DNA of 55,539 nt, counting the filler, from Sphacelaria rigidula (Eukaryota): assembly GCA_964200075.2 (NCBI GenBank). It is 5 parts of 5 records of this genome, joined end to end, with 100 filler letters (N's around TTAATTAATTAA, not from the genome) between each part and the next. Parts side by side here need not be neighbours in the genome. Positions count along the whole stretch, not along the records: positions 11,131 to 22,159 come from CAXNAA020005511.1; positions 22,260 to 33,287 come from CAXNAA020005512.1; 3 more parts are not named here. One strand, written 5' to 3'. The translations under genes and the position numbers were made by a program. Within the stretch, counting starts at the first letter, position 1. Every line of letters begins with the position of its first letter. The notes under the pieces are model-generated. The model had not been told where the DNA came from. It saw nothing but the letters and a program-made list of their open reading frames with translations, and did not search any database. Shown here piece by piece: positions 12,246 through 25,930 of this stretch.

Positions 12246-13873
12246 TGAGCGGCTGCTGGCAACACCTGTGACGGAATATTATTGAACCGGGCGCCACATA
12301 TCAGGATTCACAGTATTCGTCGTGGAAGGGAGATTGCCTACCTAATGCCCAGAAAATGTGCCGTCGGAGTGCTTCCATCTGCGTATTTCTCATCTGAAGC
12401 TTGAAGATGTCCCCTCGAAAAGTCGAAACCGTGAGCCTCAGCGCGAGTAGTCCACCTCGTACGTGCGTACTTTCAGATCGATGGGGATTCAACAATTCAC
12501 ACAGAACATTCCTCGCCGGCCAATGGTACGAAGTCGTCCGACACGACAGTGACTTCCGACACGGAACATTTTGACATGAGTCACACCTGCTTCTCTCTAT
12601 CTCGCGACATTTCCATGATAGCCAAACATCAACGTCTCGGACATCCAACCGAGGCTTTTCGTCCATCATTCGGAAAGGCGCGTCTGACCCCTCTTTCGAA
12701 TTAAATCGCTACTCTCAATCCCACCCGCCACTCAATATCATGAAAACATTGTTTTATCTTTTACTAGTTAATATACGACAACGAAGTGGATGCTACCTAA
12801 TCCGTTGAACAGCTCGCGTGTCATCCATTTCCAAGGAAAACATCGGACCCACGATGACAACGGCAGAGCTATCATGGCGCGCTGCAAGTTTACATGGTGG
12901 TATACCATTGCCTTTTCCGCGAACCTTGTGGAGGCTGAGACATCCTCCTCCCCCTCTTCAGGAAGCGGACAGTGCACCCATTGAACGAATGAGCGCTCAC
13001 CCCGCCGCATGTATTACTCGAAAGTGCCCTGTCTTGCTAGCCTAGGTGAGGGCATCACTTGCGTAGGTCTGAGTGAAGTCTTCACAGTGCTCCGGGAATC
13101 GTCTTGTTCGGCTAGTTCGGCTGGTTGAGGTCGTGCGTCATGAACTGTTCCTGGAACAGCTGTTAAAGCTTCATCAGAACAACACAAGTGACGGATACGG
13201 TCGTTAGGGTAATGATTATCCTGGAGTTATCGAACAAGTGTTTCTGGGAACACAGTGATTGATGGCAGTTTGATAAACTTTCACATGATTCGATAAGATT
13301 CCAATACATACATACATATATCTATCTATCCCAAAGCTGTCGGACTAGCCACGAGAAGTGCCTGTTCTGGAGGCGCCAAAAGGAGTTCGCTTTGAAGCCA
13401 CGTGTGCATGCAATGAAGAGAGGAAATGAGTGGAGAGAAAATTGGTCTCAACGCACCGACATTATCCCGCTGTAACTTTTGACAAATGGGACTACTGACC
13501 CGCTTCCACTTCTCATTTTGCCTCTCTTAAGTCAACATCACCTCCGACCTCTTGACAAGAGGATGGTGTTGCTGTGTGCCACTCAGGAACCAAAAACATT
13601 CGTTCAGTCCTTGCACACACTGCAATCTGCAAGTGGCTATGACGGGCTCGGGATTCCATGTCTAACGGACCACTGTTCTTCGCCTGTCTGTCGTGCACCC
13701 AATGGCGCACGCCAGGACTTCTTCGATGCTGTTTCTTCGTTAATCGATACATTGGTTATGAAATACAGGTTTAGGCAGGCGAACCTTCCCGTGAATCTTG
13801 TTTGAATCGGTACTGAAAATGCTTGTATGAGACGGACTCCAACCATGCAGCTGTATTCAACTGCGGGTGTGAT

Positions 13874-13913
<40 letters not shown>

Positions 13914-15474
13914 ACCTATTCGCTGGCATATACGTGCGAACTCAACATTATCTTCTGCTTTTGGTGTCGTGNNNNNNNNNNTTTGTAACTGGTATTAAAA
14001 GGCTTTTTTTGAACGCCCCCCACCCCCTCCGCTTTTTTTCCCCGGGGGGGTGATTCCCCCCCCCCCCCCCCCCTCCTCCTCTCCTCCCTTTGAGAATATT
14101 AAGGAGTCATGCTGGTGCCTAAAATTGCTTTACCTGTGGTAGGTTCCCGTCTGTGCAAGTTGATTGATTAACCGATTGATTGATTGTCTCGTATCAGGTG
14201 ATTCAACATAGACCTAACCGCATGGTCACAAGATGAATGTAGCAGGTGCCGTCAGACATCAGGTTTTTGTCAGTAACAAAAGAGCAGATAGTCACAGAAG
14301 TGAGTGGTGGTTGTATCTTGTCTTAATGTCACCAAATCCCACTGCATGGATCTAGCCTAGGAGCATCCCCCACAAGTAACAACTTTTCCCAGCTCCTACA
14401 TATATTATCTGGATCTCTTCCTTCGTACTCCCCAGGACTCATGAGAATGAGGAACAGGCCAATAGTCACCCTTACCACCCCCTCCAAATATCGACAAAAA
14501 AACACTGATTTTCATACACACAGACCTCTTAATGTGGTCGACTAAGAGTAACGAACGTCCCGCACTGTACTTGAGTGATCAGCATGTCCACTACACATGT
14601 ATTGGTGCTGTCAGTTGGGCTGATTGTCTCCATCAACACTAGAAATGTTCTTCGAAGCCATCGTGGTTCTTTTTGTCAGGGGTTGGAGCATCAATTATAC
14701 CCGGTAATCTCATTCCACTTTGTGTGTCTCTCGCCGTATTTTCTTCCTCCAGTGACTACACTAGAACCAAGTATTGGACAAGAACGACTTAAGCTGATAT
14801 CAAACAGCTTCTCGGCACTTCACTAAATATTACTAACTCGTACCTTCCTCTAAAATGCAGGACCTATCCGTGGTACACTGAGAGCAAGTGATTTACTGGT
14901 ATCAAACTAAACTCAGGTAGCGGATCAATCGCGCTCAGCACCAACCCCACCCCCTCTTTCCTCTTTCGAAGTGAGACACCGGGAGAATCATGTCCCTTCA
15001 CTGTTGGTTATGACCCCCCCCCCCCTCCCGCTTTCGATTTGTGTCATAATTTTTGGGCGATCTTCACCCCGAGTAAAGTCGAGCCTCTTTCACCTAGACC
15101 CTGCTGCTGTCCATTTACCGCCGGTTTTTGTCCGTGCCAGGAACGTGTAGTTCGCGCACCCCAAGATTAAATCACAACGACAGATGGTTCAACCTACAAT
15201 CACGTGATTTGCCGTGGTGCAAGAAGTGGTGCGTGCAGCGTTTCTCTGATTTTTATCAGGTTTTATAGGGATTTCTGATTGGCTCGAGATATGTAGAACT
15301 TGGCTTCATCCTCCGCACCAAGGAACTATGTCTCGTCCATCAGTTGGAAGCATGGGTGGAAACTAGCGTAGTACTGGTAGATTACTGCTTCGCGCCGAAT
15401 CCAGCTCCTCTCCGACGTCTTGAACGTACGAAGATCGAATTCATGAGCCCGTCAATTCTAAGCGCCCATAGTGA

Positions 15475-18400
15475 TCATGAGTTGTTTCCGATATCAATAA
15501 TGACATCAGTGGAGGATACTCGCTGGTGCTGCTGTGGCCGCGGTGATTTGCTACCGCGCTTGGTAATGGGCGACCTCTGCCCGACCGCATGATACGAAAT
15601 GTCCTTGAGGTCATCACTGCCACTGCTATTGTCGTTGTTGCCTTTGTTGTCATTGTTGTTGGTGGCCATGGCTGCAGGGGTCTTGGACCTAGACCTGGGC
15701 GATAACGAAGCTAGGGAATGCCTGTCCGGCCTGGAGATCTCGTGCGCTAGTCGCTGGGCCGAGGCCAGCCAACGTCGAGCGGCACTCTGGGACTTATACT
15801 CCAGCTTGATCTGGGTGTCTTCGAGACGCTCGCGGGTCTGTGCATGCACAAGCTTTATACGTCAAGGGCGCAAGCCGAATCGGAGCGGAGGGAGTGGGGC
15901 TTCATTTAACGTTCCAGAATTACTTGAACGTCACTTGAGCGTTATACTCGTGCGCCTCCTCCGTTTCCCCTCCCCACAGTATAACATACTACGCTGACCT
16001 TCGGACCAATTCAATTCAACCGGCCCTTCTCAACGATGCGCGACTTCAAAACGTATTATCAACGTGTATTGCAGGCACGATCTGCATCACTGCATTTTGA
16101 TTGGGAGATATCGCACCTTTAGTCCAACCAGTTGCCTCGTGACGCTCTTCAACTGCATGTCCACCTCCAAGTGATCTTGTCGAGCAGCGGCCGTTTCTGC
16201 CGTCGCTCGGATGAGTACTTCCTCCAATTCCTCGGCGTACTGCTCCAAAGTTAATCCCGGACCCTTGGTCAAATCCCGACTTGCAAAGGATCCAGGTCTG
16301 CCGTATGTTTTGACCGACAACTTATACGTTAGTGGTGGGCAAATCGTTTCAAGTACTGCTACCGTTCATGAATGTGCTACACAGGGAGTCGATGGGGCCC
16401 GACCGTGGGACAAATGGCGCATCCCATGCACTAGAAATTCCATGAGGCCGTATTCACGAAGTGTTATTGCCTGATTTTCTAGGCTATACTATTCGTAGTA
16501 TAATAATGAAATGAAGACACGTCGTCAGTGCTGTACGAAAGGTTAGACAGCCCTTCCAGGCGAATCTACAACGCCGATATCGCTATAAGGCGTTACCGTA
16601 CCACAACAAAAGACCACACTCAGAATGTGTTGAAAGCGATCGTCGAATTTGCTGATGCCTTTCATCCGGTGTTCTCCTGAATGAAGCGAGCACAGGTAAG
16701 CTGACCAATGCTGATATCTTCATCAGATGTTAACATGAATGGTGCTTTTGCGACTCCACTCACAACGTTGTGAGATCGAGTGTAGACCATACTGTGTGTC
16801 TCGTGTCCGATGTTCTCCTGAATGAAGCGAGCGCCGATAAACTGGCGAATGTCGATATCTTAATCATTCGTCAAGATAAACGCTGCTCTCACGACTTCTT
16901 CCAGTATCATTGACGGCGCGTGTGCTGCCATAGCAAGCGACCAGACTCACTTCGACCCTCCCGTGATCGTCGATCCCATCGCGGCTCCGACCCCAGCGAC
17001 CATTGCTTTCAGGTCAATGATCCGCTGCTGCACGGAACGGCCCGCAATCTGACCACCCACGCCACTGCCGTCATATTGCGCGTCCTCAGCCTGCTCACGG
17101 CGGGACACGAAAGCCTGGAGCTGAGCCAGTCGGGTTCGATGCCCCGCTAACTCGTCGTCCCTCGAACCCACCGTCGCCTGAATTTTCAAGTGACAAGTGG
17201 GGCGAATGAACTTAGCGTTTGAACAGTTACATGGAAGCACTCACGCGAGAATGATAATCTAGTAGGTAGAATCCTCTGGAGACGTGGGTGGGGAAGTGAA
17301 ACTTCATCCTTGGGGAGATCAAACATGGAGTCTGATAAGTCTGACTGTGACAGTGATTCCTTTGCAGGCAGGACAAAGAATAATACGTAACATGAAGAGT
17401 CCTAGAGTTACATCGTCCCCCTCCAGGAGGTTTGCCGAATTTCTCGGATTCCAGTTGATGGTCAGATCAAGTTTGTGCTCCGAATTTGAATGATCGAAAC
17501 GGTACGTCTCCCCGTTGCCGAACGACTCGCCTTTAGCATGCCTTCTAGTGATTCAGCACGGGTGGATGCTTCGTCCGCCGAAGCTTTGGCGCCCTCCGTT
17601 GCCGCCTCAGCATTTTCCGTCCGCCGCAACAGCTCTTCATATCTCTTACTCCACCTTTCTTCCAAATCGCTCAAACTAGCGGCGTGTTTCTTGCCTAGCG
17701 TGTCCAGCTGCCACTGGCGTTCTATGTCATGGTCACGATTAGCGGCCTCTGCGGCAGCTTCGACGGCCGCTACTGTGGAGGCTTCTTCCGCCAGTTTTTC
17801 CCGGGCGACGGTCAAACGAGCCTGTAGATCAGACTCCACGGCGGCTAGTCGCTCCCGTGCTTTTGTTTCTCCCTCCGCTATATATTTTGCTTGTTCCGCT
17901 TTTATCAGGGCCACTGCCGCCTCGTGCGATGCCCGTTCCGCTAGAAGCTCCAGGTGATGGTTGGCCTTCTGTGCGTCTCTCGCTATAGCCCCCTCCTTCT
18001 CTACTGCCGTGAGTTTCACCGCAAACCCCTCCGACAAAACCTTGAGATCCTCTATCCGCTTTTCTTCCGCTGCTTCTGCTGCGACTCGAATATCGTTTTT
18101 TTGCTTTTCCCTGATCCTAGATAGTTCTTGCCCATGCTTCGCCGCCAACTCATCCCGTGCTGCTGCAATCATGCTCGCCTGCTGACCTTTCGCCGTCGCT
18201 CTCAACCTCTTCTGAATACCGATATCAGCCTTGCGTTGCGCTTCAACGGCTGCAGTAGCTTGTGAAATGGCTGCATCTCGCTCGTCAGCGGTCACCTTTA
18301 GCTCCCTTTGGTGTTCCGATCTCAAGGATTCCAGTGCAGAATTCAACTCAGCCTCGGCCGCCAACTTTCGCTCCCTACGATCCTTATCAGCTCTGCGTAT

Positions 18401-21400
18401 ATCCTCCTGATACCTTTTCTCCAGAGCAGCCATCTCAGCAGCGGATTCTGCTTTCACCGCGTCCACCGATGAAGCGCACTGCGATTCGACTGCACTCACG
18501 GCTCTTTGTCGTCGCTCTTCTTCACAAGCAGCGACAAGCTCAGCCTGGGCAGTACGCTCTTCCCCCAATTTTCTCAACTCTTCTTTGTATTTTTCCGCGG
18601 TCGACTTCGTTTCATCTTCGTACCGTTTCGCCTCCTTCTCAGCGGCGCCGGCGATGGCGACAGTTTCGGCCGCCGCTTCCTTCTTTTCAGCTTCTCGCTG
18701 CTCCTCCGCCGTTCTCAATTCGTCGGAGTACTTCGCTTCTAACGCAGCGATGGCTCCCGAATGGTGCGTTTCCAACATTACCTTGACCTTCGCCAATTTC
18801 TCGGTGGCTGCATTTGCGTCGGAGGACCTTTGCTCTTCCCCCTCTCGTGCGACACGCGCAACTTCGTCGTCGTGTAAGCTCTTGAGAACCTCGAGCTCTC
18901 GCGCGTGTTCTTTTCGAATAGAGGCGGCCAATGATGCCGTGCTGCTTTCCACACAGTCATTCATTTCCGTCTCGTGCTTCGCCATAAGTGCCGCGATGGC
19001 CTCCTGATGCTTGGATTCCTGGGTGGCGGCGGCCGCCACCGCCTTCGCCCTGATTGATTCAACCAACAGAGAATGCGAATTCCGCAGGTTTTCGGCATCC
19101 GCTGCACGTTCGTCCCTCTCGGTGGTCATGGCACCATTCAGTGATGCGACTTCTGTGTGGTGCGTTTTCGAGCACCTATCGAGCTCTTCTTGGTGTTTGT
19201 TTATTTCGGATGCCAGAGCCGCCATGTGCTGAGATTTTGCCGCTTCTATGCGGGCAGCATGCTCCTCCGCAGCAGCTGCAAGCTGTGCCGTGCGTTTCGC
19301 TTCCTCGGCCGCGCGGATCTCTTCGATATCGGACGTGTTTCGGTGTTTTGCAAGCCTTATCTCGTTCCGGTGTTTTTCGTTGTCAGTTGCAATAAGTGCT
19401 TCCAACTCAGCGCGGACATCGGCTAATGTCTCTTCGAACTTTTTCTCCGCGGCTTGGAGGTCAGTACAGCGACGATGTTCCGCCGCGATGCTCAACGCGT
19501 TCAACTGTTCTTCCCACTTTTTGTTGGCCCGTTCAAGGGCTTCCATGTGCGACTTCTGCAGTTGCTCGGCATCCGTCCCTCGTTCTTCCCTCTCGGTGGC
19601 CATGGCAGCGGTCAGTGACGCGATTTGTGCCTGATGCGTTTGGGAGCATATATCAAGCTCTTGTTGGTGCTCGTGCTTTGCGGACGTCAGGGTCGCCATG
19701 TGCTCAGACTTCCCCGCTTCTATGACGGCAGCATGCTCCTCGGCAGCTGCAGCGAGCTCGACCGTGTGTTTTGCTTCCTCAGTCTTGCGAATCTCCTCGA
19801 TGTCTGACATGTGTCCTCGTTCCATGAGCGTGAGCTCTTCTCGGTGTCTTCCCTTCTCAGCGGCAATACTTGTCGTCTGCTCCGCGATAACCATTTCCAT
19901 TTCTCGCTTGTGCTCGTCACGTAAAGCCACTTGCGCTGCGTTAGCTTCCCTCAAATAGTCCTCTTGAGCGCGTTTCGCTTGGTCGCGGTGTTGCTGTTGG
20001 AGTTCACGATCTCGCTTAGCCACCGCTTTTGCCATTGCCGCCGCCAACGTCTGCTCCATTTCGGCCCGCAATTGCTTCCGCTCCTCATCAACAGCTGCAC
20101 TCTGAATCCTTCGCGCGGTATCCTCGAGATCATTACGCAGTCGAACGAACTCTTCAGCGTGTTTCTCGCGCATTTCACACAATTCTACCTCAGCCGCATC
20201 AGCGGCCGCAGCTAGGGCGGCAGACGCAGCGGCATTTGCATTAGAGACGGCTTCTGTGATCGCGTCAGTCTTTTGCACCTCGGCGGAAGCAAGAGCCTCA
20301 GCGATCGCCTGATCTCTTTCTCCTTTCATTTCTTGCCTCAACCGATTGAGCTCATCTGACGTGCGTGCTTCAGCTGCTGAATGCCGTTCTGCTAAATCAC
20401 GCGTGTGCTCATCGTTTAACTTCGTCATACTAGATTCTGCTTCGACTGCTATTTTCTCGGTAGCAGCCTTGTGCTCCTCTCTTAATCGAGACACGTCCTG
20501 CATATGCTGCTTTTCCAGTACGGCCTTCTCTGCCTTTGATGCGTCTGCCCATTCCTCTTTAGCCTGAGATGTCTCGACCGCTGCTTGCTTTCGGATCGTG
20601 TCCACTTCTTCGGCGTGCCTGAATATTAGTTCAATCATTTGAGGGCGTATCCATATGTCATTTTTGACCTGAAAAAATCTTGGGTATCCCCCCCCCCCAC
20701 ACACACACAAGATCATTGTTCAAACGTTCTTTGCCCAACGTATTTGTACCATTCCATAGCACTATCGTTTCAGGCCGACTAGCTTCTTCAACTACACCGA
20801 AGGTGCAACCGTGGAGAACAACTACGCGGCGAGCAGGTGCATGGAACAACTCATTTCACAGACGCTCCCATCTTTTGTACAGCTCACCTCTCACGATGCT
20901 CTTTTATTGATGTGTCAAGCTCGAGCTTGTGCGCTTCCCGCAATGCTTCGATTCTGTCACGTTGCTCCTCCACCAGAGATGCAAGCTCCTGTCGATGTAG
21001 CCGTTCTGTGGTCGCCGCAGACTCAAAACTCGCCGCTGCGGCAGCTGTCGCTGCCTCGGCCCCTCTTCTCTCTTCTCGGTGCAGCGCTGCTTGGAGACTG
21101 TCCGCCGTAGCCAATGCGCGCTGCATCTCATCCCCATCGTCCGCGCGCTCCCTTCTCGTCGTGGCCGTTTGGACGCAGCGTGCGATGTGCCGAATGAGGG
21201 GAATGAAGCGGAGGGCGAAAGGGATGTCTGATCTTCATTCTGCAACTGGTGCACTAGAAATCCTCACTTTTGCAGTTTGCAACCTGTCTGCTATGCCGAA
21301 TGAAAAATGACCACTATATACGTGCATTTAGATTCACCTGAGGGGGTTGGGGGGGGGGAGGTAGCATGTGATCCAAACCGCTGCTCTGCAGGCTACAATA

Positions 21401-22051
21401 GTGCCACACGGAGAGATGGTGTCGGGCATTTGTACCAGCGACATCGCGGGTAATTCTCACCTCTCAAGCGCCGCCGACAACACGACCTCCTTCTCCTTTG
21501 GCCAACAGATCCAGGGTAAGCGACGTATTTATTGATTACACGCGTGTGGGTGACACAAGAGTAAGGGACCGGGGTGGTCCGACGGTGAAAACAAACGATG
21601 TGCTATCGTACGCATTGTTTTCATTCTACGTATAGAGCATCCGATCCACGGTATAACCATAGTGTTACACACAAGGAGGGAGCAGCATTGTACACACGTC
21701 GAATAAGCCAGTGTAATGAGCCATTCACACTGTACAGTAGCACGGCGGCGCCCGACCAGGGGCAAAGAAACCGCTAACGTAGGGTCCATGAGTAGGCGAA
21801 ACGTCAGCTACGTCGGAGGGAGCCGCAAGAGACTGAAAACATACATGTGTCTACGCAATTCGTTCGGTCGCGCGAACAAAATCTATGCACATGCTTCGTA
21901 TTTTACCTCGTGCTCAAGAATGATGGCATCCTTCTGTATCAATAGCTCACGAAGAACTCGAACTTCTTCCCTGAGCTTTCCTATCAACGGGTTCGAGCTT
22001 GCGTCGTTCACCGTCGTCGTGTTTACGATATCCTTGGCCCGCTCCACGTAC
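15475..22051 (-). CDS. Kinesin-like protein, 3' partial (end of motor domain/neck plus very long coiled-coil tail). Proposed exons: 22051-21907, 21495-21461, 21151-20888, 20618-17531, 17177-16951, 16297-16117, 15837-15475
   Basis: First exon RYVERAKDIVNTTTVNDASSNPLIGKLREEVRVLRELL matches the kinesin alpha6/neck motif (LRYAxRAKxIxN...N...LIxxLxEEVxxL); splice phases are mutually consistent; 3088-nt E/A/K/R-rich exon; acceptors of exons 2-3 (AAG) less certain; rest of the motor lies beyond the contig end. Confidence 0.82.
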
Positions 22052-22159
22052 CTAAGCGCATGGAAGGATGGCGCACATGGCGAAAAAGCAGACTTCTAAG
22101 CGTTCGGAAGGGGGAGGGGGGGGGGGCAGGTTTCACCCACGTTTTGAGATCGGAAGGGG

Positions 22160-22259
22160 NNNNNNNNNNNNNNNNNNNNNNNNNNNNNNNNNNNNNNNNN
22201 NNNTTAATTAATTAANNNNNNNNNNNNNNNNNNNNNNNNNNNNNNNNNNNNNNNNNNNN
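22160..22259. other. Artificial contig linker
   Basis: N44-TTAATTAATTAA-N44. Confidence 0.97.
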
Positions 22260-22266
22260 CCTATTT

Positions 22267-22349
22267 TGCGCTCCGTCGCGAAAGGGGGGCGTGGGCAATT
22301 TCCAAACGACTAAGGCAAGCAACAAATTAATTCCCCCCCCCCCCCCCCT
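22267..22349 (+). mobile_element. Degenerate LINE 3' end (same family as 1-990) followed by poly-C
   Basis: GCTCCGTCGCGAAAGGG...ACGACTAAGGCAAGCAACAAAT matches 27343-27401. Confidence 0.6.
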
Positions 22350-22469
22350 TATTTGCCCAAACCTTGCACAAGGTTGTTGAAATCCTGGCGCGAGACTAGT
22401 CGTACGCGGGGTTCGAAGAGGTTAGACTTCCGTTTGATAGTTTTTGAGTGGCCGATACCAGGTCCTACA

Positions 22470-24083
22470 TACCACCGCCTCTTGCGGGATTAGCACGTCG
22501 AAGGCGCTCCGAGCTCAGCCAACAAACGCGCAACTTCAGGGAAGTCGATAGGTTCTGGTTGGTCGCGGGACGGGCCGTGCACATGCCCTGCGGAGATGAA
22601 TTTGAGCGTCAGTAATTATTAGGGACGTCTACCTTGAGTGAAGACTAGAGTGGCCACCGCAGAACACGTTGCTCGGCTCATACGCCAAAATGTCGTTCAG
22701 CCCGTCCGCTTCTGCTTCAGTCGCGCCTGCGCCCTTCTGTACTGTCCGTGTCAGCACAACAATAGAGTTGCATACAGATATGCTCCAGACGCAAAAATCT
22801 CGGCGGCACACAGCTGAGTCACACATACCGTTGTGTGATGTTACCCGCTTAACCCGCCTCGTTGTGCTTGGCGTAGTGTGCCGCTGCAGTTCCCACACTC
22901 TACCGTCATCCTCCGGTAGTCGTGGTGGTCGTCGTCGGCGCGGAGGCGACCTGTCTTGTGTGACTTGCATGTCAAACTACTAAACTCTCGCGATTTCATC
23001 ATTTGTCGCGTCGCCCCTTGAAACTGGGATAGTTTGGAGATTATTCTAGAGAGCCGACCTTTTATGATAACTCAAGTTCTGTATCCGTTCACCAACGCGC
23101 AAAACATGTACCGCCAGAAATGACCCTGCGGAGAATGCCTGTGGCGTTTTATTTGTTTTTTTGCCGATGCGTGCTGTGTGTACCGTGCTGCTGTAGTCAG
23201 CGTTTGTCGCTGTTTACGTGTGCAATCCGAATTTCTGTCACTTCTTGTGTGTTTTCCTTTGTCGTCAGTAGCAAGCGAGCAGTGCTTTCTGCGTTTGGCC
23301 CCTGTTTTTACCTCCCTTCGTTTTGTCGCTGTTGTCGCCTCACTAGGCGTTGAAATCATGCGTAGGGGGAGTCCTCCAGCACCCTCGGACCTCACCGGAT
23401 CTCACACTGCCCGAGGAGCGCCATCAAGCTGCCACCTTTGAGGCAAAAGCAGGTGCACCTCCACTGCCAGCATTCGAGAGTGGGTCTGCGGTAGCACAGC
23501 CCATCTAGTTTGTTGCTTATCAGGAGCAGCTAGTGAAAACTAGATTGGATACATTGAGTGCTTTTGGCATGTCAACACTGTACGAGCTGAGCCAGCTGCC
23601 TGTATTTTTGGCGGTAATCGGGTGATCAGGTGCTTAATGTGAGGAGTTCAAGGTTGACATGTTGACGCGACTTGTTTTTCTGTCATCAACACGCGCAGTA
23701 TCTCTGGGAACGCAAATAAAACAATACATTCAGAGGGATTTGGAATTTCAGCAAAATCTGGAAAATGTCATGACTCCGTGAAAACAAAGCGACGGCACTC
23801 CCGTCACGAGTTGTGTACTTGCGCGCAGATCATCCTGCGAACATTTCGGGTATAACCTCCTAAAGTCGGGCTCTGCGTGCAAGTTTTCGTGTGGCACTGC
23901 TGTGCTCCTTTTATCAAAGTGGTACAGGAGACTCCAGTTACGGAGGTCACGGGTTCGAATCCGGACAGATCGTCCTTTTCTATTTCGCCGAACCTGATTT
24001 CGTCGTTGAGGTCTCGTGCTTCGGTGGCTGAGCGTGCATGGTCGGGTTGGTCTGCAGTTCCCAGCGATATGCTCAAATCGGCC
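22470..24083 (-). pseudogene. Possible exons of an unidentified gene or pseudogene
   Basis: GC-rich coding-like blocks bounded by AG/GT at ~22470-22589, ~22633-22737, ~22846-22950 and ~23930-24083; frames do not join cleanly. Confidence 0.25.
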
Positions 24084-24254
24084 TGATTCGGAAACTGTAG
24101 ATGTTGTTGAGTGCTGAGGGGTTTCAAGAGTGGCCCAGCTCGTACTGTTGAAATATTTGTCAAGTTACGTGCGGATCACGTCATCGCGGTTAATACTTCA
24201 ACGGTTCGGACGCGTAAAATCGTGATTCGACTCATGTTCAACAAATGGAATCAA

Positions 24255-25930
24255 TCATATCATTTGTACAAAAGTTGTGATTCGTACATATTTTAGGTTC
24301 GTGATATTCGTACGACTCTACCCGGAGTGTACACATTCCCAGTTCGTGAGTCACTCGGTACAGAGTCGAAGGTACACGTATCCAGCCTTCCATTTATTTG
24401 TATGGTATGAATGGTAGTTACATGTTTTCCAAGTGTCATTCATGCATCAATCAAAGTCACACGTTCCCCTCTTCCCATCCATACGTCATGAATCATGAGT
24501 ACATGTTCCCTTTTTCCATTCATACGGGGTAAACCAAGCGTACATATTTCCTAATCTCCATTCGTCAAGGATTAATCATACGTACATGTTTCCCACCGTC
24601 TTTTCATACGCGATGGACCAAGTGTACATGTGTCCCACTTTTCATTTATGCAGAATGACTCATACGTGTACCTTCCCATCGCTTTCAGCTCGTATGATAT
24701 AAATCATGAGAGCATGTTCTCCACCTGTCATGGCATGGGGCGCGGCTCTTCGGTGACGCGGCTTTTGTAGGTGGGGAACGCAAGTGTGAGAGTACAAGTC
24801 GCGAACCCCTCAGGAGCCAAATCTGCAATTAACACAATTTCAAATGTTTGAATCGCACGTAACACATCGACTATAGTAGAACACACCCGTCTGGCTGCCT
24901 AGAGCGGTTCTCCTAGCATTTTTTCTCTCGAGCGATGCTCTCGAGAACCCCTGTAGTTTCATCTGTGGTTCCTCGTATTGTTCTGTGGTGGGGTTGGCCC
25001 AAATACACGTTATATAATGCCGCGAGTGCTTGCGAGCGCGAGTCTTCCCCGCATGCTCGCGGGAGGTTTCGAAAAAGAAGTCCGGCAGGGTACGCTGCCA
25101 TCCGCAGACAGTACGTTACAGCTCAGCACAGCACGCATCTGCGCGCCTAGAACAACGTTTCCAGTAAAGTACTGTAAAATCTGTACGGTGGATAAAAGAC
25201 CACGGTAATACGAAACCTTCCATTCATACATACGGCATGAACCATAGATTCACCCTGTATTTCTCCCCGTTGATCCGGGTAGCATGAATTACGTGATTCA
25301 TGTACATGTTCCCCACCTTGCATTCGTGAGCATGAATAAGAGGTGACCATTTCCCACCTTCCATTTACACGACATGAATCAAAAGTACATGTAGCCACCT
25401 TTTCATTCATGCAGCATGAATCATGGGCGCATGTTACTCTCCTCCCATTCATACGAGGTGAATTAAGCGTACATGTTTCCCCATTTCCGTTCATGCATCA
25501 TACGTACGTGTTCTCCGCCTTCCGTTCATACGATATGAATCAAGCGTACACGTTTCCCGAATCCCATCGCATGAGCATGAATCATACGTACCTGTTCTCC
25601 GCCTTCTATCCATACGAGGTGAATCGAGCGCACACATTTTCGAATTTCAGTCCATGCAGCATGACCCACACGTAACTGTCCCCCGCCTTCCATCTATACC
25701 AGATGTATCATACGTACATGTTTCCCATCAATGATTCATGCAGGAATTGTGATTCGTACATATTTTGCAGTCTTGATTCGCGTGACACTACCTTGAGTGT
25801 ACGCTTCCCCAGGTCATGATTTGTGCGGTATGACCTTGAACGTACAATTTCACTACCCGTGATTGATACCGTATGACTCTCTGGTACATGATTCGCATTA
25901 AGAAATCATGAGTCAACCCGTATGACCGCT
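24255..25930. repeat. Degenerate ~37-bp minisatellite array in two blocks, interrupted by a ~480-bp unrelated segment (~24735-25215)
   Basis: Recurring ATGAATCA..CGTACATGTTTCCC..CTTCCATTCAT unit; an ~80-bp segment duplicated at 24277 and 25749. Confidence 0.8.

Noticed and set aside
13479-13805. Protein-like ORF
   Set aside because: No recognisable motif or supported splice structure
16664-16900. ~60-90-bp direct repeat in a kinesin intron
   Set aside because: Simple local duplication with no TIR, TSD or other structure
17490-20567. Plus-strand ORFs overlapping the large exon
   Set aside because: Antisense shadows of the GC-rich coiled-coil exon
23804-24163. LGGYTR as kinesin LGGNS motif
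   Set aside because: Poor match and separated from the kinesin by an artificial linker
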